64,000 nucleotides of DNA from Myxococcota bacterium (GCA_023150875.1 JAKLKC010000024.1:9119-73118); one strand, 5' to 3'. Shown: positions 36,265-46,788, counted from the stretch's first letter. Numbers and translations are program-made. The notes: generated by a model from the sequence alone, not told the origin.

Positions 36265-37932
36265 ATGTCGGGTCGACCGCCCCACGCCGTCTCACCGGAG
36301 CTTCGCGCCTTCCTGCTGGCGGCGATCCCGTCCCTGCTCCTGTTCCTGACCTACTGCGACGTGACGGTGAACGCCTCCGACGAGGGGGCGTGGATCTCGG
36401 CTGCGTGGGTGCTCCGGCAGGGGAGGGACCCCTTCCTGGACTACCTCTTCCCCCACCCGTCGGTGATGCCCTGGGTGTACGCCGCCCTCTTCGACCTGTT
36501 CGGCGAGAGCGTGCTGGTGGTCCGGGTCTTCTGGGCGGTGGTGCGGGCCTGCGCCGCCGGGTTCGCCACCCTGGCCGCCCGGGCCCTCCTGCCGGGCCGT
36601 CCCCTCCTGGCCGCCTTCCCGGCGGTGGCCCTCGCCCTGGCCGGGGGGCCCTGGCACAAGACCCACGTCGGGCTGGGGCTCGCGGTGGGCTGCTGGCTGC
36701 TGCTGCGCTTCCTCGCGCGGCCCTCCCCGGGCCGGGGCCTCGCCCTGGGCGCCTCCCAGGGGCTCGTGGCCTGCCTGGACCTCCCCAACAACGTCTTCGG
36801 GCTCCCGGGCACCGCCGCCGCCCTCTTCCTGGCGGTCGCCTCCCGCCCGAGGGGGGACCGGACCGCGGCGGGGCTCGGGCTCGGGGCCTGGATCGCCGGC
36901 CTGGCCCTCGGCCTCGCTCCCCTGGCGGCGGCGATGGCCCCCCGCCTCGGCGCCTTCGTCCTGGCCACCGGCTCCGGCGATCCCGTGCCCATCGATCCCT
37001 TCGAGATCGCCCGGGCGTCCTGGATCGGCTGGCCGGGGGTGGCGGCGACCCTGGCCTCGGGGCCCGATCCCTCCCGCCTGGTGGGGGCGATGTACCTGGA
37101 CGGCATGGCGCTGCTCCCCTTCGCCGCGGCCGCCGTGGGGGCGCGGGGGCTCAAGGCGGCGGCGGGCCGGGGGGAGGCCCGGGAGGCGTACCTCGGAGAG
37201 GCGCGGGCGAGGCTGGCCCTGGCCGCGGTGGCGGCGGGCCTGGTGGTGAAGGTCGCGGTGCGGGCCGACGCCCCCCACATGTTCCAGAACGCGATCCCCT
37301 TCTCGCTCCTCCTGTGCGCCCTCTGCGCCGACGGTGCCCGGGCCCTGGCCGGCGCCCACCGCCCCCGCCGCGCCGCCGCGCTGGCGGCGGGGGCCCTGGC
37401 CGCGGCCGCCGCGGGGTTGCTGGCGTTCACCGCCACCTACCCCGATCCCTACTACGCCGGCTCGGTGACGGTGCTCGCCCAGGCCGAGTCGCGGGTGGGC
37501 CTCCGGCGGGTGCCGCTCCGGGACCGGGCCCGGGTGGCCCGGGACCTGGAGCGCTTGGACGCCTTCCTGCGGATGAACGTGCCCCCCGGAGCGCCGGTCT
37601 TCGCCGGGCCCACCTGCCCCCTGGTCCACTTCATGTCGGAGCGGCCCAACGCGACCCGCCTGATCTGGTACACGCCGCCCAAGGGGGGATCGGAGAAGGG
37701 CACCTCCGCCGCCCTCGTGGAGCTGGACCGGGTCCGTCCCGACTGGGTCGTGTGGAACATCGGGCCTCCCCCCCACGGCGAGCTGGCCCACTTCGAGGCC
37801 AGAGCGCCGGAGCTCGTCGCCTACCTGCGCCGCCACTTCGAGAGGGTCACCCTCGTGGGGCCCTACGAGGTCCGGCGCCGCGTCCCGGTCCCTTCCTCAC
37901 CGCCGTCCAGGCCGCCCGCCGCTGCGCCCTGA
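36265..37932 (+). CDS. GT-C-like membrane glycosyltransferase
   Basis: SDEGAW...GRDPFLDYLFPHP N-terminal loop typical of ArnT-like proteins; many TMs. Confidence 0.7.
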   Translation: MSGRPPHAVSPELRAFLLAAIPSLLLFLTYCDVTVNASDEGAWISAAWVLRQGRDPFLDYLFPHPSVMPWVYAALFDLFGESVLVVRVFWAVVRACAAGFATLAARALLPGRPLLAAFPAVALALAGGPWHKTHVGLGLAVGCWLLLRFLARPSPGRGLALGASQGLVACLDLPNNVFGLPGTAAALFLAVASRPRGDRTAAGLGLGAWIAGLALGLAPLAAAMAPRLGAFVLATGSGDPVPIDPFEIARASWIGWPGVAATLASGPDPSRLVGAMYLDGMALLPFAAAAVGARGLKAAAGRGEAREAYLGEARARLALAAVAAGLVVKVAVRADAPHMFQNAIPFSLLLCALCADGARALAGAHRPRRAAALAAGALAAAAAGLLAFTATYPDPYYAGSVTVLAQAESRVGLRRVPLRDRARVARDLERLDAFLRMNVPPGAPVFAGPTCPLVHFMSERPNATRLIWYTPPKGGSEKGTSAALVELDRVRPDWVVWNIGPPPHGELAHFEARAPELVAYLRRHFERVTLVGPYEVRRRVPVPSSPPSRPPAAAP

Positions 37933-38240
37933 TCACCCAGCGTGACGGGGCTGTCAGGAGAGGGCGAGCCGCAGTTGGTTCGAGTCAGGCGCCTTGCCGT
38001 TCCCGTTCGTCTCCCCTTCGACTCCGCTCTCGAACCGAAACCGGCTTCACACACAGGGACATCGAGCGCCCGAGCGATGTCCTCGACCACCGAGATGGTC
38101 GGGTTCCGCGTTCCGCGCTCAATCCCGCCGATGTAGGTCCAGTGCTTTCCTGCGCGGTGAGCCAGACCCTCCTGAGTCCAGCCTCGCGCCAGGCGAAGCT
38201 CCCGCACCCGCCTTCCGAACCGATGCTGAATGGTCGGCAC
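37863..38240 (-). CDS. XRE HTH protein of R-M controller (C-protein) type; C-terminal ~55 aa probably read-through
   Basis: FGRRVRELR...TQEGLA...HWTYIGGIERGTRNPT...IARALDV; lower-GC patch. Confidence 0.75.
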   Translation of the reverse strand: MPTIQHRFGRRVRELRLARGWTQEGLAHRAGKHWTYIGGIERGTRNPTISVVEDIARALDVPVCEAGFGSRAESKGRRTGTARRLTRTNCGSPSPDSPVTLGDQGAAAGGLDGGEEGTGTRRRTS

Positions 38241-38274
38241 TGGAAGCGAACCCTATTGGAGCAAGCGCCCAAGG

Positions 38275-38291
38275 CACAGAGACTATAAGTA
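38275..38291 (-). promoter_or_regulatory. C-box-like operator
   Basis: Minus strand TACTTATAGTC-TCTGTG, ~40 nt upstream of the HTH start; resembles the GACTTATAGTC C-box. Confidence 0.6.
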
Positions 38292-38323
38292 TCGCCGCCG
38301 CCTCGCCCCCCCCGCCGGTCCCG

Positions 38324-39241
38324 TCACCGCCCCGCCATGGCCCGGTCGAGCCTCCGGGCGACGTCGGCGTAGCCCCTCTCGTTGGGGTGCCAGCCGTCGT
38401 CGGACACGAACTCGGCGGCGGGGTGGCTCAGGACGCCGAAGTTGCGGTTGTCCACCAGCACCGCGCCGGGGCACTCCCGCGAAGCCTCCACCTGGGCCTC
38501 CCGGACGTAGCGCCAGCCCCAGTGGTAGGTCATCACCGCCACCCTCGCCCCGGCCTCGGCCGCCAGGGTGCACAGGCGGCGGTAGTCGTGGGCGAGCCAC
38601 TCCTTCAGGAAGGGCTGGTCCCGGCGGATCCCCGACTCCTCCACCACCGGCCGGGCGGAGCTGTAGGCGTCGGGGGCGTCGGGGTCGATCACCTCCACCG
38701 GCCAGGCGGTGCCCCGGGTGCCGAAGGCCGCCCAGGCCCGCCCGAGCCCGGTGGAGGCGGCCACCCGCTCCACCACGCCCGCGGGCACCGCCTCCGCGGG
38801 GAAGTCGGTCCAGAACGAGGCTCGCCGCAGGTTCCACGAGTTGTTGTTGCCGATGGCCGCCACCACCCAGCGGGGCCGGGCCCCCGCCTGGAGCGCCCCC
38901 TCCAGCACCTCGACCGCCTCCGAGGAGTTGGCCCCGGGCACGGCGAGGTCGATCACCGGCTCCACCTCGCCCCGGGCCCTCCGGATCCCCGCGAGCTGCT
39001 GGGGCCACGAGAGGCCGGGCGGCGCGCCGATCCCGTAGGTGAAGCTGTCGCCGATGGCCAGCACCGCGACGGTCCCCGCCGCCGCGGCCCGGGCGACCTC
39101 TCCCCGCACCGGCGCCCGGGCGGCGTAGCGGACCGCCGAGTGGAGGGCCTCGAACAGGAGCAGCCCCAACAACGCGGCCAGCGCCAGCGTCCTCGCCCCG
39201 GGCCGTCGCCCCGGCCCCGTGCGCCGCGCGGTGTCCGCCAT
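38324..39241 (-). CDS. SGNH/GDSL hydrolase
   Basis: IGDSFTYG, PGANS, IGNN, DGWHPN; N-terminal anchor. Confidence 0.85.
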   Translation of the reverse strand: MADTARRTGPGRRPGARTLALAALLGLLLFEALHSAVRYAARAPVRGEVARAAAAGTVAVLAIGDSFTYGIGAPPGLSWPQQLAGIRRARGEVEPVIDLAVPGANSSEAVEVLEGALQAGARPRWVVAAIGNNNSWNLRRASFWTDFPAEAVPAGVVERVAASTGLGRAWAAFGTRGTAWPVEVIDPDAPDAYSSARPVVEESGIRRDQPFLKEWLAHDYRRLCTLAAEAGARVAVMTYHWGWRYVREAQVEASRECPGAVLVDNRNFGVLSHPAAEFVSDDGWHPNERGYADVARRLDRAMAGR

Positions 39242-39463
39242 CCTCTCCGAGGGCTCCCGTGGCCGGCAGGCTACCCGCGGTCCCCCGGTCCTTCAAGCCA
39301 CCCGGCCGGTCCTCCGGTCCTCCCTCGTCCTTGACACGCCCGGGAGGGCGGTGCTAGCAGGAGCGTGGGCGTCACCCCTCCGAGCGGTCCACGAGGCCGC
39401 CGGTCCTCCCCGAGTGGGGCGGCGGGGCGCGGGTGCGCCGCTGGGACGACGGGAGGGAGGGAG

Positions 39464-40912
39464 ATGGCGCGGATCCTGTTGGTGAAGGTGGCCCGGTTCG
39501 GCCGACCGCTGCCCGGCGCCCCGCCCATCACCGTCTCGCCCCCCCTCGGGATCCTCTCCCTGGCCTCGCTGCTGCGGGAGCGCCGGGGCGACCGGCCCGC
39601 CGTGCTGGACATGAGGCTCTCGGGGGACCTCCGGCGCGCCCTCGACGACCTGGCGGGGGCGCTTCGGGCAGGGCGGCCGGAGATCGTGGGGCTGTCCGCC
39701 CTCTCCGTCGAGCACGAGTGCACCCACGCCGCGGCGGCCCTCGTCCGGCGGGAGCTGCCCGGCGCGAAGGTCGTCGTCGGGGGGCCCCACGGCACCGCCT
39801 ACCCCCGCCGCGTCCTCCAGGATCCGGCGGTGGACTTCGTGGTGCGGGGCGAGGGGGAGGAACCCCTGCTGGCCCTGCGGGACCACCTCGTGGAGAACGG
39901 CGGGCGCGGCGCGCCTCCCGAGGGGCTGGGGATCTGCCACCGCGTCCCGGGGGAGGACCCGGTGGTCCCGGACAGCCACGTGGGTGTCGCCCCCCTGGAC
40001 GAGTGGCCCATCCCCGCCTGGGACCTCTTCGACTTCGACCGCTACGCCCGCCACCCCGTCCGCATGGGGCAGGTGTCCGACGGCCTGCGCCACGCCGCCA
40101 TGTCCACCACCCGGGCCTGCCCCTACCGCTGCACCTACTGCCACAACATCTTCGGCAAGGACTTCCGCACCCGGAGCGTCGACCGGGTGCTGGAGGAGCT
40201 GGAGCTCCTGCGGGGTCGTCACCGGGTGCGGACCATCGAGTTCTACGACGACGTGTTCAACCTGGACCGCCGCCGCATGGGGGCGATGCTCACGGGCATG
40301 ATGGACGCCGGCCTGCGATTCAACCTCTACTTCCCCAACGGCCTCCGGGCGGACCTCCTGCGGGACGACGAGGTGCGGCTGCTCAAGGCGGCGGGGACGA
40401 AGCTGGTATCGGTGGCCGTCGAGAGCGCCTCGCCCCGGATCCAGAAGCGGATCCGCAAGAACCTCGACGTGGACCGGGTCTTCGACGTCGTCGACCTCGC
40501 CGCCCGGGAGCGCCTGTTCGTGCGGGGCTTCTTCATGCTCGGCTTCCCCACCGAGACCGAGGAGGAGGCCCGCGCCACCCTCGACTGGGCGGTGCGGAGC
40601 CGGCTGCACCTCGCCTCGTTCTTCACGGTGACTCCGTACGGGGCCACGGAGATGGCCGACGGCCTGGGCCTGGACGAGCACACCGCCCCCCTGGACGCGA
40701 TGGACTTCCAGACCGGCGTGAACACCCTCAGCGCCGTGGCTCCCGAGCGCCTGGCCGCCCTCCAGCAGGAGGGGTGGCGGCGCTTCTACTTCGACCCCGA
40801 TCGGATCCGGCGGATCGTCCGGGACAGCCCCGCCCTTCCCGGCATGCTCCACGCCCGCCTCCTCGCCGAGCGCGTGTTCCTGGACCGCTTCGCCGGACAG
40901 CGGAAGGGGTGA
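39464..40912 (+). CDS. B12-binding radical SAM protein
   Basis: PPLGILSLAS, GGPHGT, RGEGE, TRACPYRCTYC, FPNGLRAD. Confidence 0.92.
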   Translation: MARILLVKVARFGRPLPGAPPITVSPPLGILSLASLLRERRGDRPAVLDMRLSGDLRRALDDLAGALRAGRPEIVGLSALSVEHECTHAAAALVRRELPGAKVVVGGPHGTAYPRRVLQDPAVDFVVRGEGEEPLLALRDHLVENGGRGAPPEGLGICHRVPGEDPVVPDSHVGVAPLDEWPIPAWDLFDFDRYARHPVRMGQVSDGLRHAAMSTTRACPYRCTYCHNIFGKDFRTRSVDRVLEELELLRGRHRVRTIEFYDDVFNLDRRRMGAMLTGMMDAGLRFNLYFPNGLRADLLRDDEVRLLKAAGTKLVSVAVESASPRIQKRIRKNLDVDRVFDVVDLAARERLFVRGFFMLGFPTETEEEARATLDWAVRSRLHLASFFTVTPYGATEMADGLGLDEHTAPLDAMDFQTGVNTLSAVAPERLAALQQEGWRRFYFDPDRIRRIVRDSPALPGMLHARLLAERVFLDRFAGQRKG

Positions 40913-41053
40913 GGGGGGGGCGTGACCGCCCTCCGGCCCTCCTCCCCCCTGGCTTCGGGCCTGCTCTACAATGCCCCCCTCCGGGGGCGCTCCCGGAGGG
41001 ACCGGTCCCGCGGTGGGGGCGCGGTCCTCGTCCCACTCCCGGCCCGGCGCAGG

Positions 41054-41806
41054 ATGCCCGATCCCGTCTCCTTCCTCGGCCTGCCCCTCCACCCGGTGAC
41101 GGTGGAGCAGGCGGTGTCCCTCGTCGAGGGCGCCGTGTCCCGGGGCGGCCGGCTCAACCACGTCGCCCTGAACGCCGCGAAGGTGGCCACGGCGCGGCGG
41201 GTGCCCGCCCTCGCCCGGGCGATCCGCGCCGCGGGCCTGGTGACGGCGGACGGCCAGGGGGTGGTCTGGGGGGCCCGCCTCCTGGGCCTGGGGGTGCCCG
41301 AGCGGGTGACGGGGATCGACCTGATGGACCGGCTGGTGGCCCTGGCGGCGGAGCGGGGCTTCCGGACCTACTTCCTGGGGGCGCGTCCCGAGGTGGTGGA
41401 GGCCACCGTCGCCCACTACCGCCGCGCCCACCCGGACCTCGCCGTCGCCGGGGCCCGGGACGGCTACTTCGGGGAGGGCGAGGAGGCCTCGGTCGCCCGG
41501 ACCGTGCGGGACGCCGGCGCCGACCTCCTCTTCTGCGCCCTGCCCACCCCGCGCAAGGAGGTTTTCCTGGACCGGTGGTTCGCCGAGACCGGGGCCCGCT
41601 TCGCCATGGGGGTGGGCGGCGCCTTCGACGTCGTGGCCGGGGTGAGGCGGCGGGCGCCCCCGTGGCTCCAGGAGGCGGGGCTGGAGTGGTTCTACCGCTT
41701 CGCCCAGGAGCCGGTGCGCCTCGGGCGCCGCACCTTCGTCGACCAGGGGACCTACCTGCTCCTCCTCGCCTCCGCCCTGCTCCCCCGGAGGGGCCCGCGC
41801 CCGTGA
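41054..41806 (+). CDS. WecG/TagA/CpsF-family glycosyltransferase
   Basis: TADGQGVVW, ERVTGIDL, PTPRKE, GVGGAFD, RAP.W...GLEWFYR. Confidence 0.92.
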   Translation: MPDPVSFLGLPLHPVTVEQAVSLVEGAVSRGGRLNHVALNAAKVATARRVPALARAIRAAGLVTADGQGVVWGARLLGLGVPERVTGIDLMDRLVALAAERGFRTYFLGARPEVVEATVAHYRRAHPDLAVAGARDGYFGEGEEASVARTVRDAGADLLFCALPTPRKEVFLDRWFAETGARFAMGVGGAFDVVAGVRRRAPPWLQEAGLEWFYRFAQEPVRLGRRTFVDQGTYLLLLASALLPRRGPRP

Positions 41807-43227
41807 GCCGCCCCCAGAGGAGCGCCGCCCGCGTCGCCCGGGGAGGGGCCGACGCCGCCTTGATCCTGCTCTCGTTCTGCGCCGCCTACGTGGTGCGCTT
41901 CGAGTGGCTGCCGGCCTACACGCGCCCGGAGTCCCTCGCCGCCCACTTCGAGACCAACGGGTGGCTGCCCCTGCTGGCGGTCCCCGCGTGGTGGCTGCTG
42001 CTCTACGTCCAGGGGGGCTACGCGCCCCTGCGTTCCGCCCTGCCGTGGACGTGGGCGGGGCGGGTGTTCCGGGCGGGGGCGATGGTCCTGCTCCTCCTCG
42101 GGGCCGCGGTCTTCCTGGGGAAGGTGGAGGACTTCAGCCGGGGCTTCTTCGTGGCGTTCGTGGGCCTGTCCGCGGCCTCCCTCTCCCTCGTCCGCGCCGC
42201 GGGGCGCGCCTCCCTCCCCCTGGCCCTGGGGCCCGGGGACGTGGCGGAGCGCCGGGTGCTGGTGGTGGGCACCGGGGAGGAGGCCCGCCTCTACGACCTG
42301 GCCCTGGCCGCGCCCGAGAGGGGGGCCCGGGTGGTGGGGTTCCTCGATCCCTCGGGGAACGTCCCCCCCGCCGTCCCCGCGGGCCGGGTCCTCGGCACCC
42401 TCGAGGACCTGGACGGGCTCGTGGAGCGGGAGGGCGTGGACGAGGTCGCCTTCGCCGTGCCCTTCCGGCAGCTCGACGGGATCCAGGAGCACCTCGCCCG
42501 CTGCGAGGAGGTCGGCGCCGAGGTCCGGGTGGTCGCCGACTTCCTGGGCCTCTCCCTCAGCTCCGTCCACGTCGAGTCCGTGGGCGGCCTGCCCATGCTC
42601 TCCTTCGTCCCTACGCCCTCCTGGCGCCTCCAGTTCTTCCTGAAGCGGGTACTGGACGTGGTGCTGGCGGCGACGATGCTCGCCGCCCTGTCCCCGGTGA
42701 TGCTGGCGGTCGCCGCGGGGGTCAAGCTCACCTCGCCGGGGCCGGTCCTGTTCCGGCAGACCCGCTGCGGGCTCCGGGGCCGCCCCTTCCAGTTCCTGAA
42801 GTTCCGCTCCATGTACCGGGACGCCGAGGCCCGCCGGTCCGCCCTGGAGCCCCGCAACGAGCAGCGGGGCCCGGTGTTCAAGATCCGGGACGACCCCCGG
42901 ATCACCCCCTTCGGGCGCTTCATCCGCCGCCGCTCCCTGGACGAGCTGCCCCAGCTCGTGAACGTGCTGCGGGGCGAGATGAGCCTGGTCGGACCGCGGC
43001 CCCCCCTGCCCCACGAGGTGGACCGGTACGAGCGGTGGCAGCGCCGGCGGCTGTCCATGCGCCCGGGGCTCACCTGCATCTGGCAGGTCAGCGGGCGCAA
43101 CGAGGTCCCCTTCGAGCGGTGGATGGAGATGGACCTCCGCTACATCGACGAGTGGTCCCTCTGGCTCGACGTGAAGATCCTCCTCCTGACGGTCCCGGCG
43201 GTGCTGAGCGCCCGGGGAGCCAGTTGA
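41803..43227 (+). CDS. Undecaprenyl-phosphate sugar phosphotransferase (WcaJ-like)
   Basis: KRVLD, KFRSM, DDPRITPFG, SLDELPQL, MSLVGPRP, PGLTCIWQV. Confidence 0.93.
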   Translation: MSRPQRSAARVARGGADAALILLSFCAAYVVRFEWLPAYTRPESLAAHFETNGWLPLLAVPAWWLLLYVQGGYAPLRSALPWTWAGRVFRAGAMVLLLLGAAVFLGKVEDFSRGFFVAFVGLSAASLSLVRAAGRASLPLALGPGDVAERRVLVVGTGEEARLYDLALAAPERGARVVGFLDPSGNVPPAVPAGRVLGTLEDLDGLVEREGVDEVAFAVPFRQLDGIQEHLARCEEVGAEVRVVADFLGLSLSSVHVESVGGLPMLSFVPTPSWRLQFFLKRVLDVVLAATMLAALSPVMLAVAAGVKLTSPGPVLFRQTRCGLRGRPFQFLKFRSMYRDAEARRSALEPRNEQRGPVFKIRDDPRITPFGRFIRRRSLDELPQLVNVLRGEMSLVGPRPPLPHEVDRYERWQRRRLSMRPGLTCIWQVSGRNEVPFERWMEMDLRYIDEWSLWLDVKILLLTVPAVLSARGAS

Positions 43228-44810
43228 CCGGGGCACCGGCCCCCGGGGCCGCCGGGGTCTCCACCGTCCCGCCTCCCGATCCCGGGAGCGGCGACCTGCG
43301 GGACGTGGGGAGGGGCGCCTCGGCCTTCCTGCTGGGCCAGGTGGGGCGCCGCGTCCTCCAGTACGCGCTGCTCCTCCTCCTGGCGCGGGCGATGGGGGAG
43401 GCTCCCCTGGGCCTCTTCGTCCTCGGGGCGACCCTGGTCCAGCTCCTGGGGGCGTCCACGGGGGCCGGGATCCGGGACGCCCTGATCCGGGAGATCGCCG
43501 CGTCTGCCGGCCGCGATCCCGCCCGGGCGGGGATCGCCGCCCGCGCCGGCCTCCTGCTCGGGGCGGCGATCTCCCTGCCCACCGCCGCCGTCCTCGTTGC
43601 CTTCCGCGACCCCATCGCCGCCGGGGTCTTCGGCAAGCCCGAGGCCGCCGTCGTCGTCGCCGTGGCCGGCGCCGCCGTCCCCCCGGTGGTGGCGATGCAC
43701 TGGGGGCTCGCCGTGCTCCGGGCCCTCCGGAGGGTGGACCTCCAGGTCCTGGTGGAGGACCTGGTGTGGCCCGGGGCGACCCTCGCCGCCGCGGCGGTCC
43801 TGGTGGCCCTGGGCCCGACCCCCGGGCGGGCGATGATGGCGCTGCTGGTGGCTGCCCCCCTCGCCGCCGCCGTCGCCGGAGCCCTGTCCCTGCGCCAGCT
43901 CGCCGCCCGGGGGGTGCCCCGCCGCCCCGCCGGGACCCTCGCCGCCCTCCCCGGCTTCCTGCGCCTCGCCTCGCCCCTGGTGGGGACCGGGTTCCTCTCC
44001 ACCGCGGGCATGTGGCTCGACTCCCTGATGCTGGGCGCCCTGGCGCCCGCCGAGGAGCTGGGGGTGTACGGCCCGGTGTCCCGCACCGCCCTCGTGCTGC
44101 CCGTCGTCCTGTTCGCGTTCAACGCCCTGTTCAGCCCCGTGGCCGCCCACCGCCTCTCCACCCAGGGCCCCGGCGCGCTGGCCCCCGCGTTCCGCACGGT
44201 GGCCCGGTGGACGTTCGCCGGGACCCTGCTGGGGGCGATCTGCCTCGCCCTGGGGGGGCGGGACCTGCTCTCGCTGTTCGGTCCCGGCTTCGTCCGGGGC
44301 ACCGGGGCGTTGATGGTCCTGGCCTTCGCCGGCCTGGTGAACGGCGCCGTGGGATCGGTGGGGGTGCTGCTGAAGATGGGGGGCCGGCAGGGGTGGATGC
44401 TGCTGGACGGCCTGCTCTCCCAGGTGGTCGCCGCCGCGCTGGCCTGGTGGCTCATCCCGCGGATGGGCCTGATGGGGGCGGCGGTGGCGGCGTGCGCCGG
44501 CTCCCTCGTCCTCCAGGGGGCGATGGTGGTCCAGGTCCGGGCCTTCTTCGGGATCCACGCCTTCGGACGAGGGTACGTGTCGCCCCTGCTGGCGGGCGCG
44601 GGGGCCCTGGGCGCGGGGATGGCGACCCACGCCCTCGCCGGGGAGTGGCCCCCGGCCCTCCGCCTCGGCGCCGTCCTCCTGGCCTGCGTCGCCTCGTTCG
44701 CGGCGGTCTTCGCCGCCCTCGGCCTCTCCGCCGCCGACCGGGACCTGCTGCGGGGTCTTCTCTCCCGGGGGGGAGGGGGCGGGGCGCGCGCCGTTCGTGC
44801 CCGGTCTTGA
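43224..44810 (+). CDS. Wzx-like polysaccharide flippase
   Basis: About 13-14 TMs; LDSLMLG...ELGVY, LIPRMGLMGAAVA; start uncertain. Confidence 0.85.
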   Translation: MTGAPAPGAAGVSTVPPPDPGSGDLRDVGRGASAFLLGQVGRRVLQYALLLLLARAMGEAPLGLFVLGATLVQLLGASTGAGIRDALIREIAASAGRDPARAGIAARAGLLLGAAISLPTAAVLVAFRDPIAAGVFGKPEAAVVVAVAGAAVPPVVAMHWGLAVLRALRRVDLQVLVEDLVWPGATLAAAAVLVALGPTPGRAMMALLVAAPLAAAVAGALSLRQLAARGVPRRPAGTLAALPGFLRLASPLVGTGFLSTAGMWLDSLMLGALAPAEELGVYGPVSRTALVLPVVLFAFNALFSPVAAHRLSTQGPGALAPAFRTVARWTFAGTLLGAICLALGGRDLLSLFGPGFVRGTGALMVLAFAGLVNGAVGSVGVLLKMGGRQGWMLLDGLLSQVVAAALAWWLIPRMGLMGAAVAACAGSLVLQGAMVVQVRAFFGIHAFGRGYVSPLLAGAGALGAGMATHALAGEWPPALRLGAVLLACVASFAAVFAALGLSAADRDLLRGLLSRGGGGGARAVRARS

Positions 44811-44921
44811 CAGCGGGGGTCCCCTGGGGTGGGATCCCTCGGGCGGGCCGGAGGCGATGGACGCGCCGGCCTCCCCCGGGGCCCTCCCGAGGGTCGCCGC
44901 CCCCGCGGAGCCGTCGAGAAC

Positions 44922-45413
44922 ATGCGTTTCCTGCCGATCCTCGCCGCCCTGACCTCCCTGGCCGCCGCGTGCTCCTCCGACGAGACCGGGCCCGCCTGCT
45001 CCGCCGAGTACAAGGTCGTGATCTCGGTGGAGCAGTCCTCCTGCTCGGACGCCGCGGGCGTCCCCGACGAGACGTACTGGTACTGCATGGAGGCCGACGG
45101 CTCCCAGGTCGCTCTCCATTACGCTGCCCGGGACGGCGACGAGAGGCCCGAGCCCGCGGACTGGCACTTCCTCGCCGAGGGCACCCTCCAGAGCGGCGCC
45201 ATCCTCGTGTACGAGACCGACGTCCTGGAGGACCGGGATCCCGAGGAGGGCTCGGTGCTCTACAGCATCTCCGGCGAGGCGACCCTGGACGCCCAGAACG
45301 TGCTGTGGGACGGCACCGAGACCATCACGGTCTACGCCGACGCCGACTCGCGCTTCCCCGACGGCTGCTCCCACGTCTCCACCGTGAAGAGCGAGATCGA
45401 CACGGGGACCTGA
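44922..45413 (+). CDS. Hypothetical lipoprotein
   Basis: MRFLPILAALTSLAAAC lipobox; acidic, GC3-rich. Confidence 0.75.
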   Translation: MRFLPILAALTSLAAACSSDETGPACSAEYKVVISVEQSSCSDAAGVPDETYWYCMEADGSQVALHYAARDGDERPEPADWHFLAEGTLQSGAILVYETDVLEDRDPEEGSVLYSISGEATLDAQNVLWDGTETITVYADADSRFPDGCSHVSTVKSEIDTGT

Positions 45414-45433
45414 GGTCCCCGGGGGGAGCGGCG

Positions 45434-46750
45434 ATGCCAGTCGAGGACGTCGCCCGGCTCCTCTCCGATCCCGCCACCCGCGCCGCCGTGGCGGTGGCCG
45501 CGGCCCTGGCCGCGGGGCTGATGTGGGCCGCGCTCCGCAGGCGGCGGCGGGGGGCCGCGACGGTGGCCGCCCAGGCGCGGCGGGCGGTGCGCCTCCAGCG
45601 CCGGGGGGATCTCCTCGGGGCGGGATGGGTCCACGAGAGGGCGGGGCGCCTCCGGGACGCCGCCGAGCTCTACCAGCGGGCCGGGGATCCGGTCCTCGCC
45701 GCGGTGACCTTCGCCCGGGCGGGCCTGCCCGCGCGGGCCGCGGCGTTGCTCCTCTCCGAGGGCTACGGGGCCCACGCCGGAGAGCTGTGGTCCGGGGCGG
45801 GGATGCACGCCGAGGCGAGCCGCGCCTTCCGCATGGCGGGGTACGCCGGGCGCGCCGCCGCGGAGGCCCTGCGGGCGGGCTCCCCCGCCGACGCCGCCGC
45901 CCTGCACGAGTCTCTCGGGGACTGGCTCCCGGCCTTCCGGGCCTGGCGGGCGGCGGGGCGGGGGCCCCAGGCGTCCCGGGTGGCGGCCCTGGCCTGGGAC
46001 GCCGGGGAGCGGTGGATGGCCGGCGAGGAGGGGGCGGTGGAGCTGCTGGCCGCGGAGCGCTTCGCCGCCGCCCTGGAGGTCCTCCGGGCCGGAGGGCGCC
46101 TCCCCGAGGCCCTCCGCCTCTGCGCCGCCCACGGCCAGTGGGTCCACGCGGCTCGGGGGATCCGCGACGACCCCCCGGGCGCCTTCGCCGCCGTGCCGGG
46201 GCTGATCGCGGCCGGCTTCGGGGACGGATCCCTGTGGGCGCGGGCCTTCGACACCGCCGGAGCCGCCCCCCAGGCCGAGGCGCTCCGCCGCGCCCACCGC
46301 GTCGTCCCCACCCCCGTCCCCGAGGCCCTGCGCCCCTCTTCCCCGCGGTCCCCGGCGGTCCCCCCACCTCCCCGGGGGGCCGGCATCCGGGACGACGGCG
46401 CGATCCCCTTCGAGTCCACCGCCCCCTCCCTGGTGACCTCGCCGGGCTCCCCCGCCCGCCGTCCGCCTCCCCGGGCCTCCCTCCAGGGCGACGGGGGGGC
46501 GGCGGAGGCCACCGTTCCCCTACCCCGGGACGCTCCCGCACCGGTGGCCGCCCGGGACGATCCCGGGGCGGACGCGATCCGGGCCCTCTTCGCCGGCGTC
46601 GACTCCGCGGCGGAGGCCGCCGACGACCTGCACGGCGTCGCGGCGTTCTCGTCCGAGTTCCCCGCGCGGCCCGATCCCGGCTCCCTGGGCCCCATGGAGG
46701 AGGACCCCCCGGAGGGGCAGGGTGGCGGGGACCGCGGCGGCGGATCCTGA
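45434..46750 (+). CDS. Membrane-anchored helical-repeat hypothetical protein
   Basis: TM+RRRRR; repeated AAELY.RAG units; Pro-rich tail. Confidence 0.6.
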   Translation: MPVEDVARLLSDPATRAAVAVAAALAAGLMWAALRRRRRGAATVAAQARRAVRLQRRGDLLGAGWVHERAGRLRDAAELYQRAGDPVLAAVTFARAGLPARAAALLLSEGYGAHAGELWSGAGMHAEASRAFRMAGYAGRAAAEALRAGSPADAAALHESLGDWLPAFRAWRAAGRGPQASRVAALAWDAGERWMAGEEGAVELLAAERFAAALEVLRAGGRLPEALRLCAAHGQWVHAARGIRDDPPGAFAAVPGLIAAGFGDGSLWARAFDTAGAAPQAEALRRAHRVVPTPVPEALRPSSPRSPAVPPPPRGAGIRDDGAIPFESTAPSLVTSPGSPARRPPPRASLQGDGGAAEATVPLPRDAPAPVAARDDPGADAIRALFAGVDSAAEAADDLHGVAAFSSEFPARPDPGSLGPMEEDPPEGQGGGDRGGGS

Positions 46751-46788
46751 GCCCGGGCACCGGCACCCGGGGCCAGAGGGCGGGCCGT

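Noticed and set aside
37863..38040. C-terminal extension of the HTH ORF as a real domain
   Set aside because: Low-information sequence overlapping the convergent gene; probably read-through after truncation
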